Shown in pieces: positions 13,471-27,144 of a stretch of DNA of 64,000 bases (its first letter is position 1; every line of letters begins with the position of its first letter). Where the stretch lies: contig CAJINV010000003.1 in NCBI GenBank assembly GCA_905178155.1, positions 2,437,065 through 2,501,064 of the forward strand, read 5' to 3'. A program made the position numbers and the translations under genes. Below the pieces are notes generated by a model. It made no database searches, was not told the DNA's origin, and worked only from the letters and a program-made list of their open reading frames with translations. The stretch comes from Amoebophrya sp. A120. Its lineage: Eukaryota; Protista; Dinoflagellata.

Positions 13471-16183
13471 ATGAGGACCGCGACCGAAACCGATCAGTGG
13501 ACCAGCATGCTTCTCCAAGCCACGGGATCAGCGTCTGCAGCTCCACCCGACGGCGCAGCGGGGGTTTCCGGGAGCTCCGACGAGGACGTGCTGGAGGCTA
13601 TCACAACAATCTACGTATCCACCCCTGCCCATAATTCGTCGTACCCAAAACAAAATGTAGTGTTTCATTTTCACCTTTCTTGTTGTGTGGGTAAGGGTAT
13701 CATTGGGAAAGCACATGCACAGACTTTGAGAAAGCCGTAGTTTTTGTTCTAGTGTACTAGAAAAGGTGCTTGTTTTCAATATCGGGCACCGCGTGTGGGC
13801 AGGGGGACGATTTTTCTTTTCGATACTGGCACTGGTGGCTTTGTGTGAAGAGCACGCACTTCTTCTTACCACGACCGCACTCGTGTGCCTGTTCGCCTAC
13901 CTGTTCCTCCGGCTGGCCTCGGCGTTTCCCCGGGCCCTGGCCGTATTTGTGGCCTGTTACGCGGTCTGGTTCGTGACACGGTTCTGCCTCCTCAAGGAGA
14001 CCGGCGAGGACCGCGGAGAGTTTGTGATCGTGTTGGAGGAGCATTTCTCCGCGGCGTGGGAGCGGTCGCGGGACTGGGTGCGCGCCACCGGAAAAGCCTT
14101 CGGAGCCTGGTTCGTGGTGTTTTTCCCCTTTCTGCACGACCTGGGCACGTTTCTGCGTGATTACGTGGCGCCACCGATTATCGAGTTCCTGCGGAGCGTC
14201 GTGGTTGCGTTTCAAAAATTGCCGTTGGAGACGCAGGCACTGGTGGCCGTCGCCATTGTGCTCTGCCTCTTAACGGTCCAACTGTTTTTCACCGTGCGCA
14301 AGCAGCTCCCGGCCATGCGCCGCAGCGTGCGCGATCTGTCATTGTACCAGTGCGTCTGCGGGGCTGGTTCATCAGCCGGTGGTGCCGACGACGACGAAGA
14401 GTCGGCAAGAACTTCCGACGCGGAAGCAGGACAGGTCGCGATGCAGCGCCGGCGCCAGCTCCTGCGCACGGTGGGCTATCAGCTGACATTTGCAGTCGTC
14501 GCGCCCGTGATCTGGCTCCTCGTTGCCATTCCCTACTTCCCCGACGCGATTGCGATGGCGTGCACGGTGACGTTTCTTCCGCTGCTGCTCAGCTTCGACA
14601 GTTTGGTGTCTGTCGCGTACTCGTGGTCCGCGGGCACCACGCCTTCGAGCGCGCGGACGGTGTTTGCAGCCGACGAGCAACGTGAGCAAGCGGCGAGGAC
14701 CTTTGTCGACAGCAGGAGTAGTGCTCGCCTGCACCAGCTTCATCCGGGACGAATCGTGGCGGGAGCGGCCGCGGCGAATCTGGCGTCTTCTATAACGCAG
14801 GAACAGACGAAGCTGCCGACCTGCCACGCTGGGGAGCTGCTTGCCCTCGTTGCGAACCTTGAGAAAGCAAACAGTTGGGTGGCTTATTGGGCGTTGTGGC
14901 CCCTGCTCTCACTAGCCGAAGCGGTGGTCGAGGGAGCCGAAAGAGCTGCTGGTGCGAGAAGAGGGAATGCGACCTCCGCGGTGACACAGCAGCTACCAGT
15001 GTCGTCTTCAAGTACTAGCCACCTAGCTGTGCGGCTCGTGCTGGTCTTGTCCGTTTGGGCCTCTTTTTACGGTGGCAACACAATGTCGATCCTTTTCGCA
15101 CGGAGCGTGGCGTTTCTTCGACGTGTCTTGACATCCGCCTGGTATGGGGGCAGCAGCGGTGGCTTTTTCAGCAGCAGCGCACCTCATGATGGGGGCTTCC
15201 CTAGCGAGCGATCGAGTGCTTTATTTGCTGGTAGAAGTGGCGCATTTATTGAGGATTTTGACGAAGTAAATCAGGATGTAGAGCAACAAACGCCACGGCT
15301 ATCGCAACAAGTGGGACTGACAGCGGGCCGGGAGTCTCCGGGACTTGTTACTACCACTACACCAGCAGTGGCAGCTGCAGGACAAACCGCTGCAGGTCAA
15401 GCCGCTGCCCCGGCAACATCTCCTAGCCGTGAACAAAGTGAGCCTTTTGCAGCCCGCGTGCGATCCAGCGTCGTGAGCGGTGTACGGACGGGGGCCTTCC
15501 ATCTCTTCACGTCTCTGCAGGCGGAAGCAGGAGGGGGCACTAGCGATTCGAATGTGAAACTCCGGTTGGTGGGAATTTTCGCGGTCTGCGTGCTGGCCTC
15601 GTCCTACATTGCGTACGCGGTACTGTCGTTGTTGGCCCATTTCATCGCGATTCTGGTGTGGTGGGGGGTCGCCTTTGCCAGCAGCAGGAGTGCAAACGAA
15701 GCAACAGAGACTCTAATCGAAATCCGGAGCATTCTCGACAACGTGAGCGCGACAAGGGTCGTCGTGAAGCCAACGGGTGCGCTGGAAGTAAACGGAGTCA
15801 ATGCAAACGTCAAGCCTGCTAAAGTGGCAAGCAAAAGCGCGCAGATCACCGAGCGGGCACTGGAAAGCAGCGCGCGGAGGCTGTGCAGTGTGGTTGAGCA
15901 GGAATTGAGGCGAAAGCTGGGCTTCTGGATCTCCAGTTCGCTGTGGTACCTGTTCTTGATTCGCGTGCCGCTCGTGGGCACGGTGCTGTACGTGTGGACG
16001 CCCTTTTTCCTCCTGGCGTGCTACCTCCTGGGCGACGTCTTCGCCGCGCAACTGACGGAAGCGTGCGGCCCGAGGTGGCGGGCGCACCGCGGAAGTGTGG
16101 GGCAGTCTACCGTCGTCCACGCAACCGACGCAAGTGGCTTGCTCACTCGCCCCATGCTGGCGGGTCCGGCTCCCGAGCGGTGA
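13471..16183 (+). CDS. Multi-pass membrane protein with TB2/DP1/HVA22-like segment; intron ~13615-13765
   Basis: 805-aa ORF plus upstream exon joined by an in-frame GT-AG intron; SWVAYWALWPLLSLAE resembles the REEP/HVA22 WLTYW motif. Confidence 0.6.
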
Positions 16184-17568
16184 GAGGAGTCCGCGTTTAA
16201 CGAAATTGCTACTACTGCCACGAAAGAAGAATAACTCATTCAACGCTCTGTCTTGCTGTCTTGTTCTTAATCTTATCTTCTTCACAACCTTCGCGTTGAG
16301 ATTCAGAGGACCTACCATCTTGTCCCATCAATCTCTGTTGCATCTCACGAGAAGAACAGGAAGAAGGAGCATACAAAGCGACCGTATGTGCTTCGGTACT
16401 TATGAATGTTGTTGTGTTACCTCGTCGTCGTCGTCCTTCAGAGACTCATGATCAGAAGGGTTTGTTACTGTCATGCCTTCAAAGCAGGACTTGCTTATGC
16501 AAAATCGCACTCGGTCCGCAATAAATTCATACCTCGTTAAACCGTTTTCCAAAAGCTGCAATCTTGCTGTGTTTCGGTTTTTGCCTGCATTGCTGCGAGG
16601 CATTGCAGAAACACTTCTGGGTAGTCAGCTAGTCGAACTTTTTCGTACATCGGATCCAGTAGCGGAAACAACTTGCACTGCCTGGTTATCATGTGATAGA
16701 ACAATCGATAACGATCAACGAGTTAAGATCCGATCCGTGAGTAAGTAAGTATCAGCAGTTCATAGCACAACACGTAGCGACTTGGAGAAAGACGGAATAC
16801 AAATAGGAGATACCCTGCTGCACGAAAAAGCTCTGTGCGTGAAGGATCAATAGAGTTGTGAAACAGTATAGACGATCATCAGCATGATCCACGACCATTG
16901 CTAGCTAGATTTAGTAAACGTACAAGGGAACGCCGCAACGGCAAAGAGTGCAAACTTGGTTCGTTCTATACATATAATTACATAGCACCCACGATACGAT
17001 CAAAAATAGATGTAATGAGGTCAGGAACGTTCTATCCTAGTAGTGTCCTCTCCTGGACAGTGGACAGTCTTATTTCTTTTTTGTAGCGCATATTCCAATG
17101 CGACTGCACGCATTCGTAATAGACGGCAAATCAATCTTTGACTTTTACAGGCGACAAAGGTAACTAGCAAGGAAGCAAAAAGGAAAAGCTCGACGAATCA
17201 ATACTAAAAAGACGACGTGTATGGATAAATCTTCGATAGTCATGAAGCTTATGAAGCTTCGAGATTGAAGACACTCGCTCCCTACCACGATATTAAGAGC
17301 CCTTCGAGATCGATATCTATTGAGACTTCTATTATTTCTGTACTGTTTCACCCCAGATAGCGACATTACTTACTTATTTATAACTTGTACCTTCATTGAC
17401 GGGTGCCGTACGCCCTACAAGTACAAACGTATCCTATAAACCTAATCGAAACTAAGGATTTATTGTGCAGATATTCATCCTTTTTGAAGTTTCCGTTTCC
17501 CTCCACCCCTACAGAGAAACTTGTTGTTTCGCAGTGAAGAACTTTCGAAGTAGACCCTCTTGTCCAGC

Positions 17569-20500
17569 ATGGCGAGGGGTAATAATTTCAATAAAGGTGC
17601 GCCGTCCTCGAGGGGGGACACGACTGGGGACCACCGTCCGAGGCAACCCTCCCAAAGGCGGAGTCGAGGCAGGGGTGGTGAACGCGATACCCGACACAAC
17701 AATCGGCCTAGATCTTCCCGAGACGAACGCCGCCGGGAATCGGTACTTCACCATGAGTTCACTTATAGAACATTGAAAAAATGCACACCCAGGCGGCCGA
17801 TAGATGGTCGCGCATATTCTCTTGAAATGACATGACGCTGAGCAGATGTATCTCTGTGTAGAAGCACGAATGCTTTTTTTAGGTGGGAAACAAAGCCATA
17901 CGTTGTTCTACTGACGTGAAGTTGTAGCTGAAAAATGCAGAGTTCCTGAAAGTGGAACTGCTTGTGCGATTATCACGAAATTCAAATTTATCACCTGGCT
18001 AGGTTGCTCGGAGGCACCACCGTAGCCGTAGCCACGAACGAAACAATCGAGACGACCACAGCGGACGGGATCGGCAACAGCACCGTGCCCAGGATAAAAA
18101 TGACCGTCAGCCGGACCCCCGCGACGACCAACGTGGACGAGGGCGGCCGCGTGACAACAGATCTACTAGGAACCAGGAATCGTCGCGTATCATCGAGGAC
18201 ATCAAACAAGAACACGACTTCATGACCCAGCGCGGAGGTCGGCGGCAAGTAGGAAGAGGTTTGCACCAGGAGGGTCGTGAGGAGCAGCTTCATCAAGAGC
18301 CACGCCGGAACAGTCGTGCAGATGAAGGGATGAACTATAGTATCGAGCAGGGCAACGGCAAGGGTTTGCTGGAAAATGTTGCGAACATGCTGCAGATGAC
18401 TTCGGAACAGCAGTACGGTCGTGATCGTCGCCGCGCCGACGGCGGTGAGGAGCATCGAGGACGTGGACGGGACCGAAAATCTTCCAGAGAGCAGAGGAAG
18501 CGTGAACAAGATCTGGCGTCTTACAACGGTTCGGAACAGCATCAGCAGGTGGAGGAAAAAACCTACACGAAGAAAAATCCCAACAAAATCCCTTTGGGAG
18601 CAGGAGGTGGGAGCAAAAACCACAAGCGCGAACGGAGGCGCCACGAGGATGAAAACAATGAGAACCATTCCTCGCGGAACGTCTCAGCGAAACAGTTCAA
18701 GATGTCCTCGGAGAATCCAAATAACATCCCGCTAGGAGGAGGAAATCATACCAGCAAGCGCGTCGTGCCAGGAGGTAAAAAAGATTCTCCCCGCAAGAAG
18801 CGCAGGTACGATAATCCGAACGACATTCCGCTGGGATCTCCGAAGCACAGTTTCCTGTCTTTGCCTCCGCCACGGGCCTCCGCAGCAATGGCGTCCGCGC
18901 CAGAACTCCCGGTTCCCGACGCGGAATGTGATGCCAATAAACTTGGGTCGCACACGAGGTTGGATGGAAGCAATTCGCTGCTTTCAGGGGAGGAGCCGCG
19001 GTACTTATTCTTTTTGTTTAACCTAACTGTCATTTCATGTCGATCTTGGCATGTGTTAATCATCTCTGTTTCTTGATGTTAGTTTTGTATCGCTGAAGAT
19101 GTGGGAGTGGGATCCATCATCTGACTGCTTGTGTTTATTCGAACTGGTATCTTCATTCTTTTTGTCGTGTAGTCAAATGAACATGAATTCAGGATGCGTG
19201 CAATGGACACTGACAACCTCGACGGGGAGCGGCGTAGTCACTTGTTACTTGGCGGAAGCAATCCGACTTCGTCTGTCAACCACGAAAACATTGAAGATTT
19301 TCCCAGTATTACAAATACAAGTGAGGATTACGTATACGACTACACACATGGCAAAGCAGATGCAGGTTGCGACATGCGTTTGCTGCACAACTCGGACGGT
19401 GAGCCCATATCGGGTCTCAGCGCAGCAGCTGCTACTTCCGGGGGATATTATCCCGATCCCGATCCGTTTTCTGCGTTCTCGAATGTGGAACTTTATTCTG
19501 AAAAGCGTAACCATGACGACAACCCTGGTGTTGACCAAGACCAGAAAAAAATCCAGTGCGCCGTGGGTTCTACTTCTCAACTACCCGGCAGCAAGAACGT
19601 GGGGCACGTAGAAGATCGCAAGCGCGGACCTTCGCCGCAAAAGGAGCAGGGAACGAAAAAGTTCAAACTGAAGAAGCGAAAAATCACCGGGAAGTTGACG
19701 GTGAAGGATGAGAAAAAGCAAACAAACTTTGAAGGAGGTGGGAAATTATCCAAATCAACAAGTAGCGCAGGACGAGTTCTCGCTGGAGCCGGAGTGCAGT
19801 TGAGTCGTCAACATGACCAACAGCGAGACCGGCTTGCCCCCGCAGACTTCCTTATCCTTAAGACATTTGGCGGTCGGCGTTTGTTGAATACGCAGGATGT
19901 CGATGACGTTGAGTTTTTGAAGCTGCAGAACCTGTCCAAGGCGGAATTCCAGAAAAAGCTGAACGAGATCAAAATGAGGGTGCGAAAGCGGTACCGGGAA
20001 GAGCAGCGTGGTCCGAAAATAAAACCGCTAATTAAGCCGGGCATGCAAGGGACGATCTGGCTCAAGACCAAGATCGACAATGGATTGGTGGAAAAGATTC
20101 CGTTATATCATTGCACGGCAAATGCAGACGGTTCGATCGACGACGACGATGTGGAGTGGGAAGCGGCGACGTCCGAAGCCCAGCGACTGTTGCGCATAGT
20201 CGTGCGGGATCCCAATTGGGAGTCGCCACGACAGCCTGCTGTTGAGCGGGGGCCTGGTTGTAAGCATGCAGAAGAAAAAACAGCGAAGGATGATGATGAA
20301 AGCCGCCCCGAGGTGGACGAACAATTGGCGGAAGAAGCCGGGGGAGGTTCGGAAGAAGATCGCGCTTTCCACGCGGAAGTCCGCACGCCAGAAGAAGCAG
20401 AGCCGAATCTACTTCAAGACGACCCTACCACGACGGAAGCCAATGCTACTCCGGATGAAGAAGACGACAATAAAGTGGACGATGAAACTGGGTTTGTGAT

Positions 20501-23500
20501 TTCCGACAGCGAATTGCTGTACATACTGAACATGTACAGCGAAGGCACGACGTCGTCCCAAATTGGAAATAACGCTGAAGTGTATTTCCAGCCGCTTTAT
20601 AATTCTGCGGAGAAGGAAGAAGATGAAAATAAACAGAGCGGGATAATTGATATGCGATTCCCCCCGTCGTCCCCCCCGCCCGTAGGACTCGAAGAGGTGG
20701 CTGCAACAGGACATGACAGTTGTGCGAGCCTGGAACAAAAATCAGTTGTCCACGACGAGGCAGCTGATGCTCCAACATGCACAATCTCTTCAACAGCGCC
20801 GTGCGCCGCACCGCCTGTCCGCTCGGAAGGTTTTTCGCAGGGGACAGTCAACGCGGATCCGGACCAGGAAGCAGCCATCAAGACGCTCCAGTACTACTAC
20901 ACGCGTGAGCAGCAGCGCTGGCGGCAGTCGCTTGGTATCACGAAGAACATGCTGGCCGGCCGCTACGTGGGGAAGACGGAGTGCACGTTGCTGCTGCATA
21001 ATTACCTGCCTTTCTACTGGAGCAACCTGCGATTTGAGCGCGACGCAGCCCGGCGGTGGGGAGAGTACGTGATAAAAACCGTGTTTGACCCCAAAAATCC
21101 AGAGGCCGCCTATGCCGCGGCGGACGAGGATGGCTTCTACGCGACGCACGGAAAGGAGGTCCGCATCTTCCAAGCCGACACCGCAAGCACGGCGGGGCGG
21201 CGGCTGCGCATCCGCGGGAGCAGCGCCTCTCAGGAGGAGCACAAACAGTTCGCGGACGAAGTCGAGCGCTGGATCGAGTTTTACGGTCGGCAGGCCCTGC
21301 TGGAGGTGGCCTTCTACGGGATTCGCAACGACGATGAAATCGAGCCCGACTGGATCTGGGGCAAGTACGAAACACCGACGGCCATTCACTCGACACAAGG
21401 TACTTGTTTTTATAGATCTTCATCTCAAGGCTTGTAATATTATTCTGCCAGATCAAAATCAAATTTTTTCATTTCTGTCGCCGCAACAGTGAATTCCAAG
21501 AGAATCTCGGCCTCCAGTGCTGGAGGGGACGAGGTCATCTAGTATCATGTTGAGAGAACCAGTAGATTCTGTTGCTGTAACACGACTTCGGTCAAGCACG
21601 ACGAGGAACCACGATGAACATCTGTTCTTGATGAACATCTACTTCTCTTCAATCTAAATAACGATGTACAAACAGAAATCCGTCAAGGGCGAAACCAAAC
21701 GGCGGAGCCGGAAACTTTGGCCGACCTGGGAGTTTTGTTGTACGCCTTGGTTCTGGGCCGCGGCGAGGACTTGCCGCTGGACCACGTTCCTCGAAAGTAC
21801 CAGGAACTCTTCCGGCATCCGTTTCCGCAGGAGCGCTTTTTCACCACGTCGAACAAGCACGTGGGGCTCGCGGAGCGCATCAAGCTGCAGTTCCCGCAGT
21901 TGTTCAACTACGGTAGAGATATCGAGTCCCAAGTCATAAAGTCGCCACGTTACGGGTTTGTGGAAGACATGTTTAAGTATAATAATGCGGCCTCGTCGCG
22001 GCAGCGAAGCAGCAGTTCCTGTTCCTCGTGCGCCGAAGGGCGGGACGGAAGCGGGTTCTCCTCGTGCGCCGAAGGAGCTTCCAGTTGCGAGGAGGACGGA
22101 ATGGTGAAGACGACCGAGGAAACTATTAGTAAAGCTGACAAGGGTCAAGAACATGATCTTGCGACCCAGGAAGGAGCGACCAAAATAGTAAACTCCACCA
22201 ACAAGCGCAGTGCGGCGGCTGTGGCGTCGTCCAACGAGGATGCAGTTCCGAAGTTTTCGGCTTTTAGTACTACGGAGACCACAAGCCGGAGCAGCGAGCA
22301 AGTGCGGTTCATTCAGGGCGTGCCACTCAGTGAGAAGCTGTGCAGCGTGGTGGATTTTGACGCCCCGGATGAAAATAAAGATAAAGAAAACGGCCCGAAC
22401 GTCGAGCTGCTGCCGCAGTTCTACACGAAGTTCTCGATGCGCAACCTGCGCGGGTTGGCGCAGGAAGTTGCCCCGACCGGGGTGAGCGAAAAAGACAGTC
22501 TTTTAAGTTTGCAGCGAGGGCGAGAAGGGACGGGATTTTTCTCCAACGGCCTCAGCCCCCACGATCAGAAGCTCGAGGAGAGGCACCACATGTTAATGGG
22601 AGTTGCGGCGGCCCTGCACAAGGTTGTCATGCTGCAGGGTCGCATTCGACCATCTGGTTCATCTTCTTGCGAGGAACAGAAAACGGGCGCGACGGCTGGA
22701 ACGCTTCCGCAGAGGTGGATTCGCGATAAGCTCGCAGGGCAAAAGCAAGCGCTGCATGCCACGAAACAGGAGGAGGATACCCAGGTCGCGGCAATCATCC
22801 AAAAGGAGGAGGTGGTTGTTCCTCCACCGCTGAAGCGTGCCAAAATCATCGTCGAAAACGCCGATGTCGGAGAAGCCACGAAAGGTAATATTAAAGCCGG
22901 CCGTGCGCGCGCGGGTACGGATTATTCTGTGTTCAACAAGGTAGTAGCCCCAGCAGCAAAGAAGGATGAAGCACAAGCACCGAAGAGCAAGCGGCAGCGC
23001 GATCTCGACCTTCAGGAGAGTTTGCAGGTGAGGTTTGCGCCGCTGAACACGCTTGCCAAGGAGGACACCTGGGAGCCGCGGGGGATTCCCGTGGGCGACG
23101 TGAGGGCGGCGTTTCAGCACGTGTACAAGATTTCGCCGGATTTCGACCAGAATACGCAGGCTTTTCGCGAGATGCAGCAGCACCACCCCGAGCAGCAGAC
23201 CACGGGGGCCATCCACCCCCACGTGCGGTCCCTGGTCGAGTTGTGCCTCGTGTTCCCGCGGCTGTTCCGGTTCCGGTTGTCGGACACTGACTTCTCGCAA
23301 ACTTGTGTGCAGGCCCGCCGCCTCCGGCGGGACCCGGGCGGTCTGGTTGTCAAGCGGCTTGCCGCGCTAGACTTGGAGGAGTTTATCAACCACTTCGAGA
23401 GCAAGAACCGCCTGGTCCGGGACGGGGCCTCGCACGACACGCTGATGCAGCTGTGGAAGTACAAGGTACCAGCGGAGGCGCGCCCCTTTGCGTGGCACGC

Positions 23501-24568
23501 GGCGGAGAAGTGTGTGGGGTTGATTTTGAACCTGTGGCGGGAGTCGGCTATGGGCGATCCCTTCGCCGGGGCGATACCCATGCCCGAGATCAAAAGCGTG
23601 GACCACCTGGTTATGCAAGAAAAAAACTGTGTAAAGTGTAAATTTGTGTTGCAGAACATGCAACAGAGTTACGCCTGTCATGCCAGACAGAAATGAAGTC
23701 CTCTACCTCTTTTCATGTGTGTTTTCCCTTACAAGCCACGCATGACAGGTTTTCTCTGCCATGTAGGGCAAATTTGTGATGCTGTTTCTCAAAGAAAGTT
23801 ACACTTACACACTTTTTTTCCTGGATGCTGGTCGCGCTTCTGTCCGGCACGAACGATGACTACTGGGAGGCGGAAAACGACCACATTACGAAGCTCATCG
23901 GCACGCCCCACCCCCCCGCTGCGGCGACCACACTTGCCCTTGCCGCTGCTGCGGAAGGAGGCTCGTTGTACAATAGTGGCGGCGGAGGTCACCACCTCCA
24001 CTCGGCGCACGACGGAAGTCGGGCTGGGCAGGGCTCGACGATGCCGTCTGGAGGTTCTTTTGGTGGGAAGATGTACAACATGCCGATGCACGGCCCGGGC
24101 CACGTGCTGCCGGTGCCTCCGCCTAGTGCCGGTCATCAAGCTCCGCCGTTTGGCGGAAACAAGGGTGGACCAGCACATCATCATCACCCGCAGTTGCACA
24201 TGCACATGCCCCCGCACCACGCGCCCTGCTCCAAGGGGCAACTGCAGTTCCTTCAGCAACAGCAGCAGCAACGATCCTTCGATCAGCAGCTCGGACCGGG
24301 GGGAAAGAACGACGGAGGAGAAGACCGGGATCAGGTTCAGCAAAAGCAGGGCAGTACCTCCGTGGAGGCGCAGAACTACGCGCGTCGGTCCGTGAACAAA
24401 GGAGGCCATATGAACCTGGGTGGAGCAAACTATTTCAATACTCGTCCTCCTCCCGGAATTGTGATGCCCGGAATTATGATGCCCCCGTTCGGCATAGGTT
24501 TCTTTCCGCAGCAGGTGGTTCCACCGCCCAACTTCATGCCGGTGCCCCCGGGCCCCCACCCCCACTAA
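17569..24568 (+). CDS. Very large putative RNA-binding protein: R/S/D-rich N-terminus, RRM-like module, LOTUS/OST-HTH-like modules, Q/P/G-rich tail
   Basis: In-phase GT-AG introns 17743-18002, 19001-19192 and 21400-21489; uncertain junction ~21533-21664; introner 23612-23827; module-by-module similarity to gene 27145-31560. Could be two genes split near 21540. Confidence 0.6.
23612..23827. mobile_element. Introner IE3 (216 bp)
   Basis: TIR TATGCAAGAAAAAAACTGTGTAAAGTGTAA / TTACACTTACACACTTTTTTTCCTGGATG; TSD CTGGT; removal gives DHLVALLSG, which aligns without gaps to paralog EELVNSLGG. Confidence 0.85.
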
Positions 24569-25852
24569 GGTAAACTACTTTGGTGCTTATTTTATGCGGT
24601 ACTTGTCGTGTATAATTGAGATTGATCATGTTGACCAAAATGAACAGGAAGATGCAATGCGGTACCCCTCCGCGAGAACTTCATTATTTGTTGCTTCATC
24701 CTCTAACTGCAAAAGCTGCATGTAGTTTTTCGACTTCATGCCCTCATCCTCACAGGTACGCTATCACTACGGAAGAGGGATACTGCAGTATCAGTCTGGT
24801 GGAATGAAGATCATATCTAGAAGGTACTTACTTGTTTCTACCATCGAGAAGTAGGAGTCTGCCTCTCCTTTTTCGTGCGCTGTTGTCTTAGCTATCACCT
24901 CACTTTTCATTACGCTCGCTCAAGAAAAGCGAGTCGAGAATATCGAGGAGGCTTTCTCGATTTTTGTTTGATCTTCATCCTCACAGTGTCGTCGCGGCCA
25001 CTTGCAGCGGAGTATAGGACTTAATTTTCCATCCAGGCCCTACTGCGGTTGTCCCTCGAAAGGAAAACAAGAAGGTACTGAGCTTTTTTAGGCAGGAATT
25101 CGTTCTGTAATCAAAATTTTTCGCTTGCGTTTTCCATTAGAATCAATTAGTGTTTCTAGTATTCGATCGTCTCGCTTTGAGGCAACGGCAAGCTGGACAA
25201 GCAACATAAATTGCGACTGCATTCCTTACAGAATCTTCCACGCCTTCGCACCCCCGCAAACACTCTGCTTCTATCCAATCAAACGAATGGTGGAGTGCGA
25301 ACAAGAAGAGAAATGATAAAAATGAAGAAACTTAAACTTAATTCATCGTCAAAGACAAATAATTCTTTATTTCGAAGACGCCAGCCTTTCACTTTTTTCT
25401 CGCTTAGCGGTGCCGATCATTCTTGTTAGCGCTGCGTGAATGTGCACTACAAGCTTTAGGCCACACCTTGATGTGACAGCGACGGGTCCCAGCTTCTACC
25501 AATAGATATATTTGATTGGTTTTAGTGCAACGCCGCGGCCGCCCGGACGTCCTGCCGGTAGATTTCCGATATGATATCTTCACAACATTAAACTGACGCA
25601 TCACGAAGCATAAGAAGCCTCGCTGGCACAATCTTTCGTCATTGAGTTCCGCATTTATTACATTAATTTTATCATCAAGAGGATCCTCCCGAAGATTATG
25701 AAGATGAACTCACATTAAACCCCAAACGCGCGGTTGGACAGGAGGAAAGAATCAGTAATATATACCGCATGAGGACTCTACAATGAAGAGAGTCAATAAA
25801 TAGCTCTAAGTGAAGATGAAATAATGACCAGCTCGAATCGAAGAAAGAGAGA

Positions 25853-26009
25853 CTCTGACACTGACAGTAGAGTTATTATCATCTGAAATTTTCAGATGAT
25901 AGTAACTGTAACTCTACGGTCCCCTACCGCTGAAATAAATATGGAAGTACAAAAGTGATTCGGCTCTGACGGTGACAATTGTAGAGTTACAGTTACTATC
26001 ATCCGAAAA
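25853..26009. repeat. Intergenic MITE-like inverted-repeat structure
   Basis: 29-bp IR 25889-25917 vs 25981-26009 (1 mismatch) plus an abutting truncated third copy at 25867-25888. Confidence 0.7.
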
Positions 26010-27144
26010 GAAAACCCTTATAGAAGTACTCGAGAAACAGCTCGTACGTTATGGTTCAGAAGAAAGGCAGCTATGCCAAGACAAAGAATGCATGGAGCGA
26101 TTTCTTTGACATTAGTTTGATCTGGTACCAGTTGCCATAGCTTTAGCTGCTGAGGAGGCTGCTTTGGCTGGCTCCAATTGTGTTTGTGAGGCCGGTCGTC
26201 ACCGCTCAACGGGTGGCGCCCCGCTTTACAAGATGCTTTTGAGCGCCCGGTCTCCGGCAGACATTAACTCGTGGAAAACTCGTCGACGGTGCGCCCCTAA
26301 AAGAACCGAGGGCACACGTTGACTTCTCCTCCACAGGATCGCCAACGGTATACAGACCACGACGCATTTCTTGCTCTCTTACTGCCGAGTGTGAAGATAC
26401 GAGTCAACAATGTGCAGTAGGAAGTATTGCTGGGCACAGAATCTCATACACACCTGTTCGCCCCCCTCTACACCGACGACACGCCATCCAGTCATAATGT
26501 ATTCGCGCAAAGTTTCACTTTCAGTTTCACCGAAAGTAAAATAAAAAAGTACTTAGATAAAAAAACGCAAAAAAAGGACACTCCGGCACGTCAGACCCAT
26601 TCTTATATATATCTCGTGAAGCTAAAGGCACACCGATTGCGCGACCTTCCAACTCATTCGATGCCTGCACAGACGATGATTCGTTGTCACGTGAATTTTT
26701 TATGTTCCGCAACTAAATGATGTTTCTTTTTCTGGATCTTGACAAGACGATTTTTACCTGATCGCGTGGTCTGTTTTCGCAACTGCAACATGTCTTTGTG
26801 AAGATCCTTTTTTAGCGTGCCGCGTGCGTAGGTAGTTTGTTCGGTCTCTCTGGAATTTGCGTTGTGAAAAGCGTGCATTACCAAGATCTCATCATGCAGA
26901 TTTATTTTTCACGACCCCTCGAAGTGCTGATCTCTGTCTGATGTGTTTCCCTTTGTAAAGTACTCATGCGAACAAATAACGCGACGTGGTCTTAGAGCGG
27001 CGTGCTGTTCGTGTCCACAAGTTGTATCAATCGCATTTACGGAATAAAAATATCAAAATCTTCAAACTCATAGGTCCGCTTCGTGTGTTCAGTTTAGTAC
27101 TCCTCTTCCAGCACACTCAATCGCGGAGTAAGTCTTGACACAGA

